Positions 37,060 to 45,769 of a stretch of 55,452 bases of DNA are shown one piece after another; positions within the stretch are counted from its first letter, which is position 1; every line of letters begins with the position of its first letter. Made by a program: the position numbers and the translations under genes. Origin of the DNA: a virus (Duplodnaviria; Caudoviricetes); IMG/VR virus record IMGVR_UViG_3300049896_000004, positions 1-55,452 of that record. One strand, 5' to 3'. The notes below the pieces were generated by a model. It was not told the DNA's origin, did not search any database, and saw nothing but the letters and a program-made list of their open reading frames with translations.

Positions 37060-38168
37060 CAGCCCTCGCTCAGCCAGTCGTCGAGGTGGCGGCGGGCCTC
37101 GGTGTCGGAGTCGCGGGCGACGACGCGCGGCGGGGCCTTGAACAGCCAGGCGGATGCCCACTGGTCGACGTCCGGGGTGCCGCGGTCGAGGGCGGTCTTC
37201 GCGATGCGTACGGCGTCGATGACGATGCCGGCGCTGTTCGGTGAGTCCGGGACGGTGAGCTGCATCTCGATCTCGATCGGGGCGCCGGCGAAGCCGCGGC
37301 CCTCGCAGCGGATGAAGGCCTTCTTCGTGTCGCCGAGGAACTGCACGTAGTCAGACGGGCCGATGTGGACGCTGTCCGGGTTGAGGATCCCGTCGTACGC
37401 GTCGGTGACGGCGCCGCTCTTCGACTCGCGCTTCGTGGCGAGGCGGTCGGCCTCGAGCATGTTGTAGAAGTCCATGTTGCCGCCGACGTTGAGCTGGTAC
37501 GTGCGGTCAAGGCGGATGCCGCGGTCGGAGAAGGCGCGGGCGAGGACGCGGTGGACGTAGGTGGCGCCGAGCTGGCTCTTGATGTCGTCGCCGATCAGGG
37601 GCAGGCGGGCCGCGCGGAAGCGGGCGCGCCACTCCTCGTTGCGGGCGATGAAGACCGGGATGTTGTTGACGAAGGCGCATCCGGTGTCGAGGGCGACGTC
37701 TGCCCACCATTCCGTGGCCGACTGCGAGCCGACGGGCAGGTAGTTCACGAGGACCTGCACGCCGGCCTCGCGGATCTCCCGGTGGATCCGCTCGGTCTCT
37801 GCGGCCCAGCTCCATCCGGTCTGGTCGGCGAGGGTGATGCGCTCGCGGTACTTGCTGCCGGCGCCGTCGAGGGCCGGGCCGCGGGACACGGTGACGTCCT
37901 GTGCGTACGGCTTGAGCTCATCCTGTGGGATACCGACGTCGAGGTTCTGGCCGGCCTTGCGGGCGTCCCAGAGGTTCCGGCCGACCTTGTCGGCGTCGAT
38001 GTCCCAGGCGGCGACGGGCTCGACGTCCGCGGCGAGGTATCCGCCGATGCTCGGGTGGCACAGGCCCATGGTGTCCTCGGGGCGGGCCTTGTAGTAGGCG
38101 ACGCCTTCGATGAGGGCGCGGGCGCAGTTGCCGACGCCGATGATTCCGATACGTACGGTCTCGGTCAC
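37059..38168 (-). CDS. ino1: Myo-inositol-1(3)-phosphate synthase
   Basis: IGVGNCA, NYLPVGS, GDDIKSQLGAT, QLNVGGNMDF, HIGPSDYV, DSPNSAG and FKAPP. Confidence 0.95.
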   Translation of the reverse strand: MTETVRIGIIGVGNCARALIEGVAYYKARPEDTMGLCHPSIGGYLAADVEPVAAWDIDADKVGRNLWDARKAGQNLDVGIPQDELKPYAQDVTVSRGPALDGAGSKYRERITLADQTGWSWAAETERIHREIREAGVQVLVNYLPVGSQSATEWWADVALDTGCAFVNNIPVFIARNEEWRARFRAARLPLIGDDIKSQLGATYVHRVLARAFSDRGIRLDRTYQLNVGGNMDFYNMLEADRLATKRESKSGAVTDAYDGILNPDSVHIGPSDYVQFLGDTKKAFIRCEGRGFAGAPIEIEMQLTVPDSPNSAGIVIDAVRIAKTALDRGTPDVDQWASAWLFKAPPRVVARDSDTEARRHLDDWLSEG

Positions 38169-39262
38169 AGTCGCTCCATGATCAACTCGATGGTGTGGCA
38201 GACCAGCGACGTCTCGTAGCTGGTCCAGGTCCAGGGCGGACAGGTCTCTGTGCCCAGGCAGAAGGTCTCGGCGGCCAGGCGCTGGGCGTGGATGGGCCGG
38301 AAGCTGCTCGACCCGCTGTCGGCCGCGAACATCGGGTGCGCGGGGAGCGGGTGCTGTCCCCAGTCGTGGGTGGGGATCCCTGCGTTCGCGAGGGCGAGGC
38401 GGAGGGGGCCGGCGGGTCGGTCGCGCAGGCCGGTGCGGAGCTTGTGGAAGGCCGGGGCGGCGCCGTCGGGGATCTGCTGGTGCCAGAGGCCGCAGTCGGC
38501 GAGGGTCTGGTGCACGCGGCCGGTGGTCTCCCTCGCCTGTTCGGCGAGGCGGGGGAAGGTGTGGAGCTGCTCGGCCACGAGGGCCATGGACAGTTCCGAG
38601 GGCCGCCAGTTGTGGCCGGGGAGCGTGACGAGGGCGTTCGCCCGTGCAGCGTCCCTCTGGGCCCCGTAGTCCCGTAGCTGGCGTAGTTCGTCGGCGAGTG
38701 CCTCGTCATCGGTGGTGACCGCTCCCCCGTCGGGGGCGCTGATCAGCTTGGTCGCCGAGAAGGACCAGCAGTGTGTACCGCGGGCGCCGACGTGCTCGCC
38801 GTCGACGAGGGTGCCGAGAGACTGGCACGCGTCTGTGATGACGTCCTCGCGGGGCAGGTTGTGCGGGACGCCGTGCAGGTCGGGGGTGAGGACGAGGTGT
38901 CCGGATGTGGGGAGCCCGCTGATGCTGTTGCCGGTGTCCGGCTCGACGTCGTGATAGTCCAGCGCGGCACCGATGTGCGAGGCGCCGGTGAGGGTGCCGG
39001 CGAAGCCGAAGGCGGGGGTGTGCAGCGGGGTCCCCCGGCGGACGCCGTGCGCGAGGAGCGCGGCGTGGATCGCGGCGGTACAGGACTGGAATGCCACGGT
39101 GAAGCGGGCGCCGGTCAGCTCGGACATGCCGGTCTCGACGGCTTGCGTGTACCGGCCGCCGGTCCAGACGCGGGAGGCGATGGCGCCACTCACGGCGTGG
39201 TGCGAGCCTGGGCCGGGGTCGGCCGGCCAGCGGTGTGCGGTAAGGCGGTCGAGGCCACTCAC
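38165..39262 (-). CDS. DegT/DnrJ/EryC1/StrS PLP aminotransferase
   Basis: SCTAAIH, DACQSLG, SFSATK..DGG (PLP lysine) and HNWRPSE. Confidence 0.88.
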   Translation of the reverse strand: MSGLDRLTAHRWPADPGPGSHHAVSGAIASRVWTGGRYTQAVETGMSELTGARFTVAFQSCTAAIHAALLAHGVRRGTPLHTPAFGFAGTLTGASHIGAALDYHDVEPDTGNSISGLPTSGHLVLTPDLHGVPHNLPREDVITDACQSLGTLVDGEHVGARGTHCWSFSATKLISAPDGGAVTTDDEALADELRQLRDYGAQRDAARANALVTLPGHNWRPSELSMALVAEQLHTFPRLAEQARETTGRVHQTLADCGLWHQQIPDGAAPAFHKLRTGLRDRPAGPLRLALANAGIPTHDWGQHPLPAHPMFAADSGSSSFRPIHAQRLAAETFCLGTETCPPWTWTSYETSLVCHTIELIMERL

Positions 39263-40191
39263 GCGTCCACGCTCACGGGCAGGTAGGCGGCGCAGATCGC
39301 GGTCAGGGCTTCCGCCGCGGTGTCGTATCCGCCGGCGGCCTGCGCCTGCTTGATCGCGGCGCGCACGGTGTCCCGCTGCGGCACGGTGAACACCCATTGC
39401 AGAGGGACGGTCGTGACTGGCGGTGGAAGCTCGATGCCGACACCGGCGGACGAGCGGGCACCCGGGCCGCTGTACGCCTCGGGGCCGGTGTGGACGCCGG
39501 GCGACATGGGCGGCGGTGCCGGTCGGTCCTCTCCCGCAGCCGCGGGTTCCTCGAGGTCGGCGGACGCCGCGGTGGGCGATGCGACCTGTTGCCCGGGGAC
39601 GGGCGGCGCGGTGTCCGAGAACGGATGCAGGGCGGGCGCCGTGGGCGCCGGGGCCGGGCCGGTCAGGTCAGAGAGGAACGCCGTCGTCGACTCGGCGAGC
39701 GCGCCGGTGACCTTCAGCAGCTCGTCGTAGTCCTCGCCGCTGTACGCGGTGCCGTCGAGGTCGTCGTCCAGGCCGGCGAGCAGCTCGGCGAGGGCCTCGG
39801 TGTCCCAGGTCCCCAGCTCGGCCGTCTTGTTGTCGGCCAGGTTGGCCCGTCTGGCCGTGTCGTCGTCGCACGAGACGACCTCAGCGCGCAGGAACGGGAT
39901 GTATCCGGCCCTGTTGCTACACACGCCGCAGGGCAGCTTGCGGCGGCGGCGGGTGAACGTGGTGCCGCAGTCGCCGGGGCCGTGCTCGCGCATCGCGGCG
40001 AGGGTGTTGTTGCCGGCGAGGACGATCAGGCTGCCGTCGGGTAGCTCCCGGGCGACGACGGCGCGGTACTGCGCGTTGCGGCGCAGGCTGTCGAGGATCG
40101 CCCGGGTGTCGCCCTTCTTCGCGTTGCCGGGGTACGGGGTGAGGTCGTCGATCGGGACGTCCGCTGTGCGCAGATAGGTCGCCTGTGTCAT
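39259..40191 (-). CDS. ParB N-terminal domain protein with Zn-ribbon insert
   Basis: LTPYPGNAK, VLAGNNT, H..DC..CGVC and LADNKTAE..WD. Confidence 0.8.
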   Translation of the reverse strand: MTQATYLRTADVPIDDLTPYPGNAKKGDTRAILDSLRRNAQYRAVVARELPDGSLIVLAGNNTLAAMREHGPGDCGTTFTRRRRKLPCGVCSNRAGYIPFLRAEVVSCDDDTARRANLADNKTAELGTWDTEALAELLAGLDDDLDGTAYSGEDYDELLKVTGALAESTTAFLSDLTGPAPAPTAPALHPFSDTAPPVPGQQVASPTAASADLEEPAAAGEDRPAPPPMSPGVHTGPEAYSGPGARSSAGVGIELPPPVTTVPLQWVFTVPQRDTVRAAIKQAQAAGGYDTAAEALTAICAAYLPVSVDA

Positions 40192-40267
40192 GGCTTCGCT
40201 CCTGGTCGGGGCTTGGGCAGCCAGGCAGGATAAGCCCATACCGGGGCATTGCGGCCGTATGGGTGAG

Positions 40268-40465
40268 CTAGCTGAGGGGACAGACCTCGTCGGAGCCGCA
40301 GACCGGACGGGGATCGTTCGCCGTGGCGGCCGCGATGCTCCTCGCGACCTCGCCGGCCAGGTCCCGCTCGTCGGGGCCGAAGGGGACGCCGAGGAACGCG
40401 AGCGAGGGCGAGGCGATCCAGCCGCGACGGTGGAGGAGCAGGCTCAGCCACATGGGACGGATCAC
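40268..40465 (-). CDS. Small hypothetical protein
   Basis: GTGA overlap with the GP88 stop; GGAGG upstream. Confidence 0.4.
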   Translation of the reverse strand: MIRPMWLSLLLHRRGWIASPSLAFLGVPFGPDERDLAGEVARSIAAATANDPRPVCGSDEVCPLS

Positions 40466-41241
40466 GTAGAGGCCGCCTTCCGGGCTGCTCGCCTCGTGGC
40501 GCGGCGGGCGTCCTCGTCGGCCTGCCACTGCCGGAAGGTCCGGCCGGCCATGCGCTTGCGGAACTGCGGGATGTTGTTCGAGGGGATCCCGACGGGGGTC
40601 GGGCCGAGGACTGCGAGGAGGTCGCTGGCGTCCTGGCTGTGCCAGCCCGCGGCGATGATGTCGGCCTCGCTCAGGTAGACGTCCGCGACACGGTCACGGG
40701 TCTCGTCGAGGAGGCCGTCCTCGGTGCCGCCGTAGCTGTAGATCCAGTGGAAGTTTCGGGGCGGCGCCGGTTCGACAGCGGCTTTGAAGAGGGCGACTTC
40801 CTTGGTGTAGCAGTAGAAGTTCACCCAGGGCCGGAAGGCCATGATGCGCAGCCAGGCGGCGAGGTAGCGGGGGCTGTAGAAGTCGCCGGCGTCATGGATG
40901 CGGACCCAGCCGCCGCGGTGGCGTTCATTGGCGAGTTCAGAGGCCATGTGCCGGGTCCAGCCGGGGAGGTCGTCCTCGACGTACATCAGGTTGGCCTGAT
41001 GCCGCTCGACGACGGAGGGGAAGTTGTACGTCCCATTTCGGGCGTAACAGGCGAGGGCGCAGACGCCGGCAGCAGGACACGTCTTGATCGTCCGGCCGTC
41101 GGGGAGGCGGCTCGCGAGGGCCGGTAGCGTCCAGTTCCATACGCCGTCGCTGCGCATCTCGGAGTTCTGGCCGAGGAGTCTCTCGGGGCGGCGCGGACGG
41201 CGCGGACGGGCCTGCGGGGCGGCGATGTCGACGGCGCTCAC
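40462..41241 (-). CDS. GP88-family protein (radical-SAM-like Cys cluster)
   Basis: TCPAAGVCALACYA, RIHDAGDFYS and YCYTK. Confidence 0.8.
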   Translation of the reverse strand: MSAVDIAAPQARPRRPRRPERLLGQNSEMRSDGVWNWTLPALASRLPDGRTIKTCPAAGVCALACYARNGTYNFPSVVERHQANLMYVEDDLPGWTRHMASELANERHRGGWVRIHDAGDFYSPRYLAAWLRIMAFRPWVNFYCYTKEVALFKAAVEPAPPRNFHWIYSYGGTEDGLLDETRDRVADVYLSEADIIAAGWHSQDASDLLAVLGPTPVGIPSNNIPQFRKRMAGRTFRQWQADEDARRATRRAARKAAST

Positions 41242-42059
41242 ACTGCACGCCCTGCTGCGGCGTCCATGAGGACGGCGAGGGGTACGCGCTCGTCCGGTCG
41301 GCCGCGGTACTCCAGGGCGGCGGCGAAGGCTCTCAGGGCGGACAGGACGACAGTCGACGGGTCGGCGCCGGGGAAGGCGCGCTCTGTCACCGCTGCAATC
41401 AGGCGGGCCGCCTCGTCGCGGGCGGCCGGGGCGTACGTGAGGGTGATGTGCCCGTTCCCGTCCTCGCCGCTTCCGTCACCCTCGCCGCCACCCTCGCCGC
41501 CGCTCAGGCCGCTGCCCGTCGGGGCTGCCGGTGGGGGGCTGTCGTCCTCGGGTTCGGCGTCGTCCTGGGCGGCCTCATCGATCGCGGCGAGCAGGTCTTC
41601 GAGGTCGGTGTCGCCGTAGCCGGTGCCGGTGTAATCGTCGCCGAGGTTGCCGAGGAGGGCCGCGAGCGCTTCCTGGTCGTAGGAGCCGTCATCCGAGGAT
41701 TTGTTGTCCACCAGGTTCAGCCGGCGGGCCGTGTCGTCGTCGCAGGTGACAATCTCGCAGCGGACGACCGGCGCCCACTCGCTGTTCCCGCACAGGGCGC
41801 ACGGTTCCTCTTCGCCGCCGCGCTTGATCGTCAGGCCGCAGTCGCCGGGGCCGTGGGCAGCGATGGCCTGGGTGGTGTGGTTGCCGGCGAGGATGGTGAG
41901 CTGGCCGTCGTGCTCACGGACGATGACGCTGCGGTACTGACCGTTGGCGCACAGGCTTTCCAGGATGACGGGCACGTTGCCGCGCTTGGCGTTGCCGGGG
42001 AACGGCGTGAGGTCGGCGAGCGGCACGGTGTCGGTGCGCAGGTAGGTGGCCTCGGGCAT
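41238..42059 (-). CDS. ParB N-terminal domain protein with Zn-ribbon insert (paralog of 39259-40191)
   Basis: LTPFPGNAK, ILAGNHT, HGPGDC..CALC and NLVDNK. Confidence 0.8.
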   Translation of the reverse strand: MPEATYLRTDTVPLADLTPFPGNAKRGNVPVILESLCANGQYRSVIVREHDGQLTILAGNHTTQAIAAHGPGDCGLTIKRGGEEEPCALCGNSEWAPVVRCEIVTCDDDTARRLNLVDNKSSDDGSYDQEALAALLGNLGDDYTGTGYGDTDLEDLLAAIDEAAQDDAEPEDDSPPPAAPTGSGLSGGEGGGEGDGSGEDGNGHITLTYAPAARDEAARLIAAVTERAFPGADPSTVVLSALRAFAAALEYRGRPDERVPLAVLMDAAAGRAV

Positions 42060-42169
42060 GGGTGGCTGCTCCTGTGACGGACGAATACGACGGAGCAGGA
42101 TAGACGGGACACGACTCGGCCCCCGCGCGGCTGGTGGACCGTGCGAGGGCCGGGCGGTCGCGGAGGGTC

Positions 42170-43348
42170 TTACTCGGCGGCGGGCTGGCTGTCCCAGAGA
42201 CTGACGCGGGCGCGGGTGCGGAGGGGGGCGTCCTCGGGACCCTTGATGTGGCCGGGGACGATCCGGTCTTCGTGGGTGCATCCGCCGTCGGCGTGGGCGT
42301 GGGTGTTGAGGCAGGTGTTCCGGCGGTAGGGGTCGACGGGGAAGCGGCAGGAGTAGTACGGCTGCCGGCGGCCGGTGCTGTGCGTCGCGTCCTCAGCGGC
42401 GGCGCGCCGGCTGGGGCGCTTGTTGGTGTGGACGTGGACGATCTCGACGTCGGACGAGGTCGTGATGCCGGTCCGGGCGTCGCGCTTCACCCCGGTCTTG
42501 GAGCGAGGCAGGGTCTCTGTCTCGGTCCACTCGCCGCCCTTCTGCGCCATCAGCTGCCAGGCGGTGTAGAGGACGATGGCCCAGGCGGCGTTGGTGTCGG
42601 GCTGCGGCTCGTCGAACTTGCCGCCGTCCTTCATCAACATCTCGTTGTCCCAGGCGAGGACGGGGCCGCTGATCCGGCGGCGGGTCTCGATCTGTCCGGC
42701 TGTCATGGCGGAGCCGTCGGCCTGCCGTCCGACGATCGTGCCGGGGGCGAGGGCGGAGAAGGAACCGCGGGGGCTGTAGAAGGTGACCCAGAGGCCGGTG
42801 AAGGTGTCGGGGATGAAGCCGCTGCGACCGCCGCTCTTGTACAGCCAGCGGACGCGGCGGCCGCCGTCGATGGAGATGGCGCCTGGGTGCCAGGGGGACC
42901 AGGAGGCGGCGACGATCGGGGTCGTCACCATGGCGGTCGCGGCGGGGTCGTGGGCGCGGGTGCCGGCCAGGACACTGCTCGCGCTGGACTCGTATCCGCC
43001 GATCGGCTCGCCGAAGACGATCAGGCCGGACGGGGCGGGCGGCCTGGTGACGCTCACGGGCTCGGTGGGCGGGGTCTTCGCCGCGGAGAGGGCGAGGGCC
43101 GTCATGTCGGGGGTGGCGTAGAAGAGTCGTGCCTGTTGCAGGCGGGCGGCCTCGCTGCGGTGGAGCAGCTCCGCGCCGATCGCGCCGACAGACGCGTCCA
43201 GACCCGGGACCATCGGGAGGAGGGTGCTGTGGCCGGCGTGGATGGCCTCGCGCATGACGCGCTTCGCCATCAGGGTGTCGAGGTACTCGATCATGCTCGC
43301 GCGCCAGTCGGGGAGCTGTCGGGGCTCGGGCGGGGTCCAGCGGTACAT
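42170..43348 (-). CDS. Conserved phage hypothetical protein
   Basis: Start MYRWTPP with GGAG RBS; C-terminal FPV..YRR...IVPGHIKGP motif. Confidence 0.7.
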   Translation of the reverse strand: MYRWTPPEPRQLPDWRASMIEYLDTLMAKRVMREAIHAGHSTLLPMVPGLDASVGAIGAELLHRSEAARLQQARLFYATPDMTALALSAAKTPPTEPVSVTRPPAPSGLIVFGEPIGGYESSASSVLAGTRAHDPAATAMVTTPIVAASWSPWHPGAISIDGGRRVRWLYKSGGRSGFIPDTFTGLWVTFYSPRGSFSALAPGTIVGRQADGSAMTAGQIETRRRISGPVLAWDNEMLMKDGGKFDEPQPDTNAAWAIVLYTAWQLMAQKGGEWTETETLPRSKTGVKRDARTGITTSSDVEIVHVHTNKRPSRRAAAEDATHSTGRRQPYYSCRFPVDPYRRNTCLNTHAHADGGCTHEDRIVPGHIKGPEDAPLRTRARVSLWDSQPAAE

Positions 43349-43409
43349 GAGCGTCTCCGGGGTGGGTGGCGGGCCGTTGGGAGGCCAACGAGCGGGCGAG
43401 ATGAGAGGG

Positions 43410-43566
43410 CCGGACAGGTTGTCCGGGGTTGTCCGGGCAGTGTCCGGACAACCTGTCCGGGGCGTGTCCGGAAGGCTGTCCGGACACGGGTCCGGACAAC
43501 GTGTCCGGACGTTGTCCGCGCTGGTCGGGACGGGTACGGACACGGTGGCCGGACAGCGTCCGGACG
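43410..43566. repeat. Intergenic array of about 9-10 TGTCCG(GACA) units
   Basis: TGTCCG at 43420, 43430, 43441, 43454, 43465, 43477, 43502, 43513, plus degenerate copies. Confidence 0.85.
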
Positions 43567-43630
43567 GCGCTCCTGACGGGGTGAGGGGTGGGGGCGCCGA
43601 CCGGGTCGACGCCCCCAGGGACTGGGTCGG

Positions 43631-44563
43631 TCAGCTCTTGTCGGTGTCGCTGGTGTGGCCGCAGGCCAGGCCCCGGATCTCCTCGTATCCGTACTTGTCG
43701 GCCCAGCTGTAGCCGGTGGCCACGGACACGGTCTTGGCGTTCGCGCGGACGACCTGGCGCCACTCGCCGCGGATCATCACGCGGTCGTCCTTGTGGACGT
43801 TGCCCTTGCTGTACTGGCCGAAGAGGCCGTCGGCCTTGGCCTGCTCCAGGGCCTTCTTGTCGCCGTCGATGCGCTCGACGAGTACGGCGCGCTCCCCCTC
43901 GTACTGCTCCCGCAGGAGGGGGCCGTGCGCGGTGGGGTGCAGCTCCAGGCCGGCCATGCGACGGTCGAGGCTGCGCAGCTCGGCCTCCAGTCGGGCGACG
44001 CGGCGGGCGACGACGTCGGGGCGCTCGCGGCGGGCTTCCTGCCGGCGGGACCCCTCGACCTGCGAGGGGATACGGCGGGCCTCCTCGCCTGCCTGCCCGG
44101 CCCGGATCATCGTGTCGACGCTGCGCTCCAGGAGGTTGCGGTGGGCGCGGCCGCGGGCGCCGGGGAAGACGGGCTGTCCCATCGGGATGTGCTCGACCAT
44201 CGCGTCGCTCGCGCGGTGCAGGGCGGCCGACTGGGCGGCGAGCTTCTCGCCCTTCGCGGCGAGGGCCGTACGGTGGTCCTCAAGGCGCTCGTGCTGGGCG
44301 GCCTTGACCGTCTCGGTGTCTCGCACGGTGCCGTCGATCTCCACGGTCACGGTGTGGCCGGCGGTGCGCAGTTCGTCCGCCGCGGTGTTGATGGCGACGA
44401 CGCGGGGGGCGCGGTCGCGGCTGCTCTGGATGTAGAAGCAGCCGATCGAGCGGCCCCAGCGGAAGCCGTACCGCTTGAGGATCGGTCCGGCGCCGTCGCC
44501 CTTGTCGGTGCCGTCCGCGAGGGTACCTTCGGCCGGGGTGTGGGTGATGCGGATGTCGCTCAT
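43631..44563 (-). CDS. DUF3560-like protein
   Basis: IPMGQPV..G...HR, RRVARLEAELR and VVRANAKTVSV. Confidence 0.75.
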   Translation of the reverse strand: MSDIRITHTPAEGTLADGTDKGDGAGPILKRYGFRWGRSIGCFYIQSSRDRAPRVVAINTAADELRTAGHTVTVEIDGTVRDTETVKAAQHERLEDHRTALAAKGEKLAAQSAALHRASDAMVEHIPMGQPVFPGARGRAHRNLLERSVDTMIRAGQAGEEARRIPSQVEGSRRQEARRERPDVVARRVARLEAELRSLDRRMAGLELHPTAHGPLLREQYEGERAVLVERIDGDKKALEQAKADGLFGQYSKGNVHKDDRVMIRGEWRQVVRANAKTVSVATGYSWADKYGYEEIRGLACGHTSDTDKS

Positions 44564-44659
44564 GGGTGGCGCCTTTCCTTGGTGTGGTCTGGGAGGGGCT
44601 GGGCGGCGGCCTGGGCTCGTCCGATGGACGGGCCGGGGCCGCCGCCCGGTGAGGGGGTG

Positions 44660-45169
44660 TCAGGCGGCGGGGGCGGCCTTGCCGGCCGCCTGGAGCCTGT
44701 CCAGGGCGACGGCCTCTTCGAGCACGAGGAACGCGCGGTGCATGTGCAGGAGGTGGCTGAACATCAGGGCGAGCTTCTGCGGGTCGCTGGTCGCGAGCTG
44801 GTCGTACACCGCGGCGATCCGGGCCGTCAGGTGGGCTTCGAGGCGGGCGTGCTGCTCGCTGAGGGGGGAGAGCGCCGGCAGTACCGGGCCCAGTCCGGTG
44901 ACGGGCTCGATCACGTAGGTGAGGACGGGGCCCGGGACGCCGCTCTCCTCGCCGAACGGGGCGAGTGCGGCGGCCAGCTCGGGGCGGACCAGGGTGAAGA
45001 CGCCGGGGCCGCCTGCCGGCACGGGCGTGGTCTCGACGGCGACGGCGAGGGCGACCAGCGCGACGGCGAGCTTCGTCCGTGCCGGCTTCTGGTCGGCGCG
45101 GACTCCGAAGAGGCTGAGGGCCTGGGAGAGGGCGCGGGCGCGGCGGGCGGTGATGGCGGCAGCGTTCAT
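44660..45169 (-). CDS. Hypothetical protein
   Basis: AAGGAG RBS; downstream of a repeated promoter. Confidence 0.65.
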   Translation of the reverse strand: MNAAAITARRARALSQALSLFGVRADQKPARTKLAVALVALAVAVETTPVPAGGPGVFTLVRPELAAALAPFGEESGVPGPVLTYVIEPVTGLGPVLPALSPLSEQHARLEAHLTARIAAVYDQLATSDPQKLALMFSHLLHMHRAFLVLEEAVALDRLQAAGKAAPAA

Positions 45170-45218
45170 GGGGTGAGGCTCCTTCGGGGCAAGCGAGGGG
45201 CGGGGTGGGGCCGGTTCC

Positions 45219-45322
45219 GGTGAGCGGTGCGCTCCCCGACATCTGAATCATTGCAACATGACTTTGCAATGTCAAGTTGCATTGCGAGGTTGCGGACATG
45301 TCGTCGCCGGTCAGGGCTTCGG
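45219..45322 (-). promoter_or_regulatory. Promoter/operator cassette (direct repeat of 46269-46372)
   Basis: TTGACA-N17-AATGAT overlapped by TTGCAA-like boxes at 45251, 45264, 45277, 45290. Confidence 0.85.
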
Positions 45323-45376
45323 AGTGCCATTGCGGGGCGCCCGCGGCGTGCCGGTCAGGACCTCGCCCGAGGCAGG

Positions 45377-45403
45377 GCCGGGCGCCCCGGTCGGGCGCCC
45401 GGC
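45377..45403. repeat. GCCGGGCGCC hairpin, copy 1
   Basis: 11-bp perfect stem; related copies at 45733, 50058, 50361, 50811. Confidence 0.75.
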
Positions 45404-45413
45404 GAGGGGGACG

Positions 45414-45704
45414 TCAGGGGCGGCCGGAGTGGCGGCGCTTCTCCCGCAGGATGGTGACCTCGCTGCCGAGGCGGATGAAGCCGGCGCGGACGTCGCGCAT
45501 GCATCCGGGCTCACCGAGGCCGTGCGAGAAACGGACGACCTCCCCGTCCTTGCGGACGTTGGCGACCACGCGGCCGAAGCACGGGGTATTGAAGGGACGC
45601 TCGCCCCTGGAGAAGATGCGGTCGCCGTCCTGGAGTTCCAGGGCCTCGACGCGCAGCTCGGTGTGACGGAGGGCGAAAGCGCTGTACGCGGCGGTCATGT
45701 CCAT
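45414..45704 (-). CDS. Hypothetical protein (MDMTAAYSAF...)
   Basis: Own GAGGAG RBS; flanked by two hairpin repeats. Confidence 0.6.
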   Translation of the reverse strand: MDMTAAYSAFALRHTELRVEALELQDGDRIFSRGERPFNTPCFGRVVANVRKDGEVVRFSHGLGEPGCMRDVRAGFIRLGSEVTILREKRRHSGRP

Positions 45705-45732
45705 GAGCGGGGCTCCTCGCTTGCACTGGGGG

Positions 45733-45758
45733 GCCGGGCGCCCGGTCGGGCGCCCGGC
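45733..45758. repeat. GCCGGGCGCC hairpin, copy 2
   Basis: 11-bp perfect stem. Confidence 0.75.
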
Positions 45759-45769
45759 AGGGAGAGGGG

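Noticed and set aside
37059-38168. ino1 as a stray host mycothiol/phosphatidylinositol gene
   Set aside because: It overlaps the aminotransferase and PP-loop genes on both sides inside a phage operon
39259-42059. ParB genes as a ParABS partition locus
   Set aside because: No ParA in the window, the GxxR motif is altered and no canonical HTH follows
43349-43543. N-terminal extension of ORF 42170-43543
   Set aside because: It only translates the DNA repeat array; an RBS supports the ATG at 43348
43410-43566. TGTCCGGACA arrays as a CRISPR array
   Set aside because: Units are about 10 bp with no unique 30-40 bp spacers, and no cas genes are present
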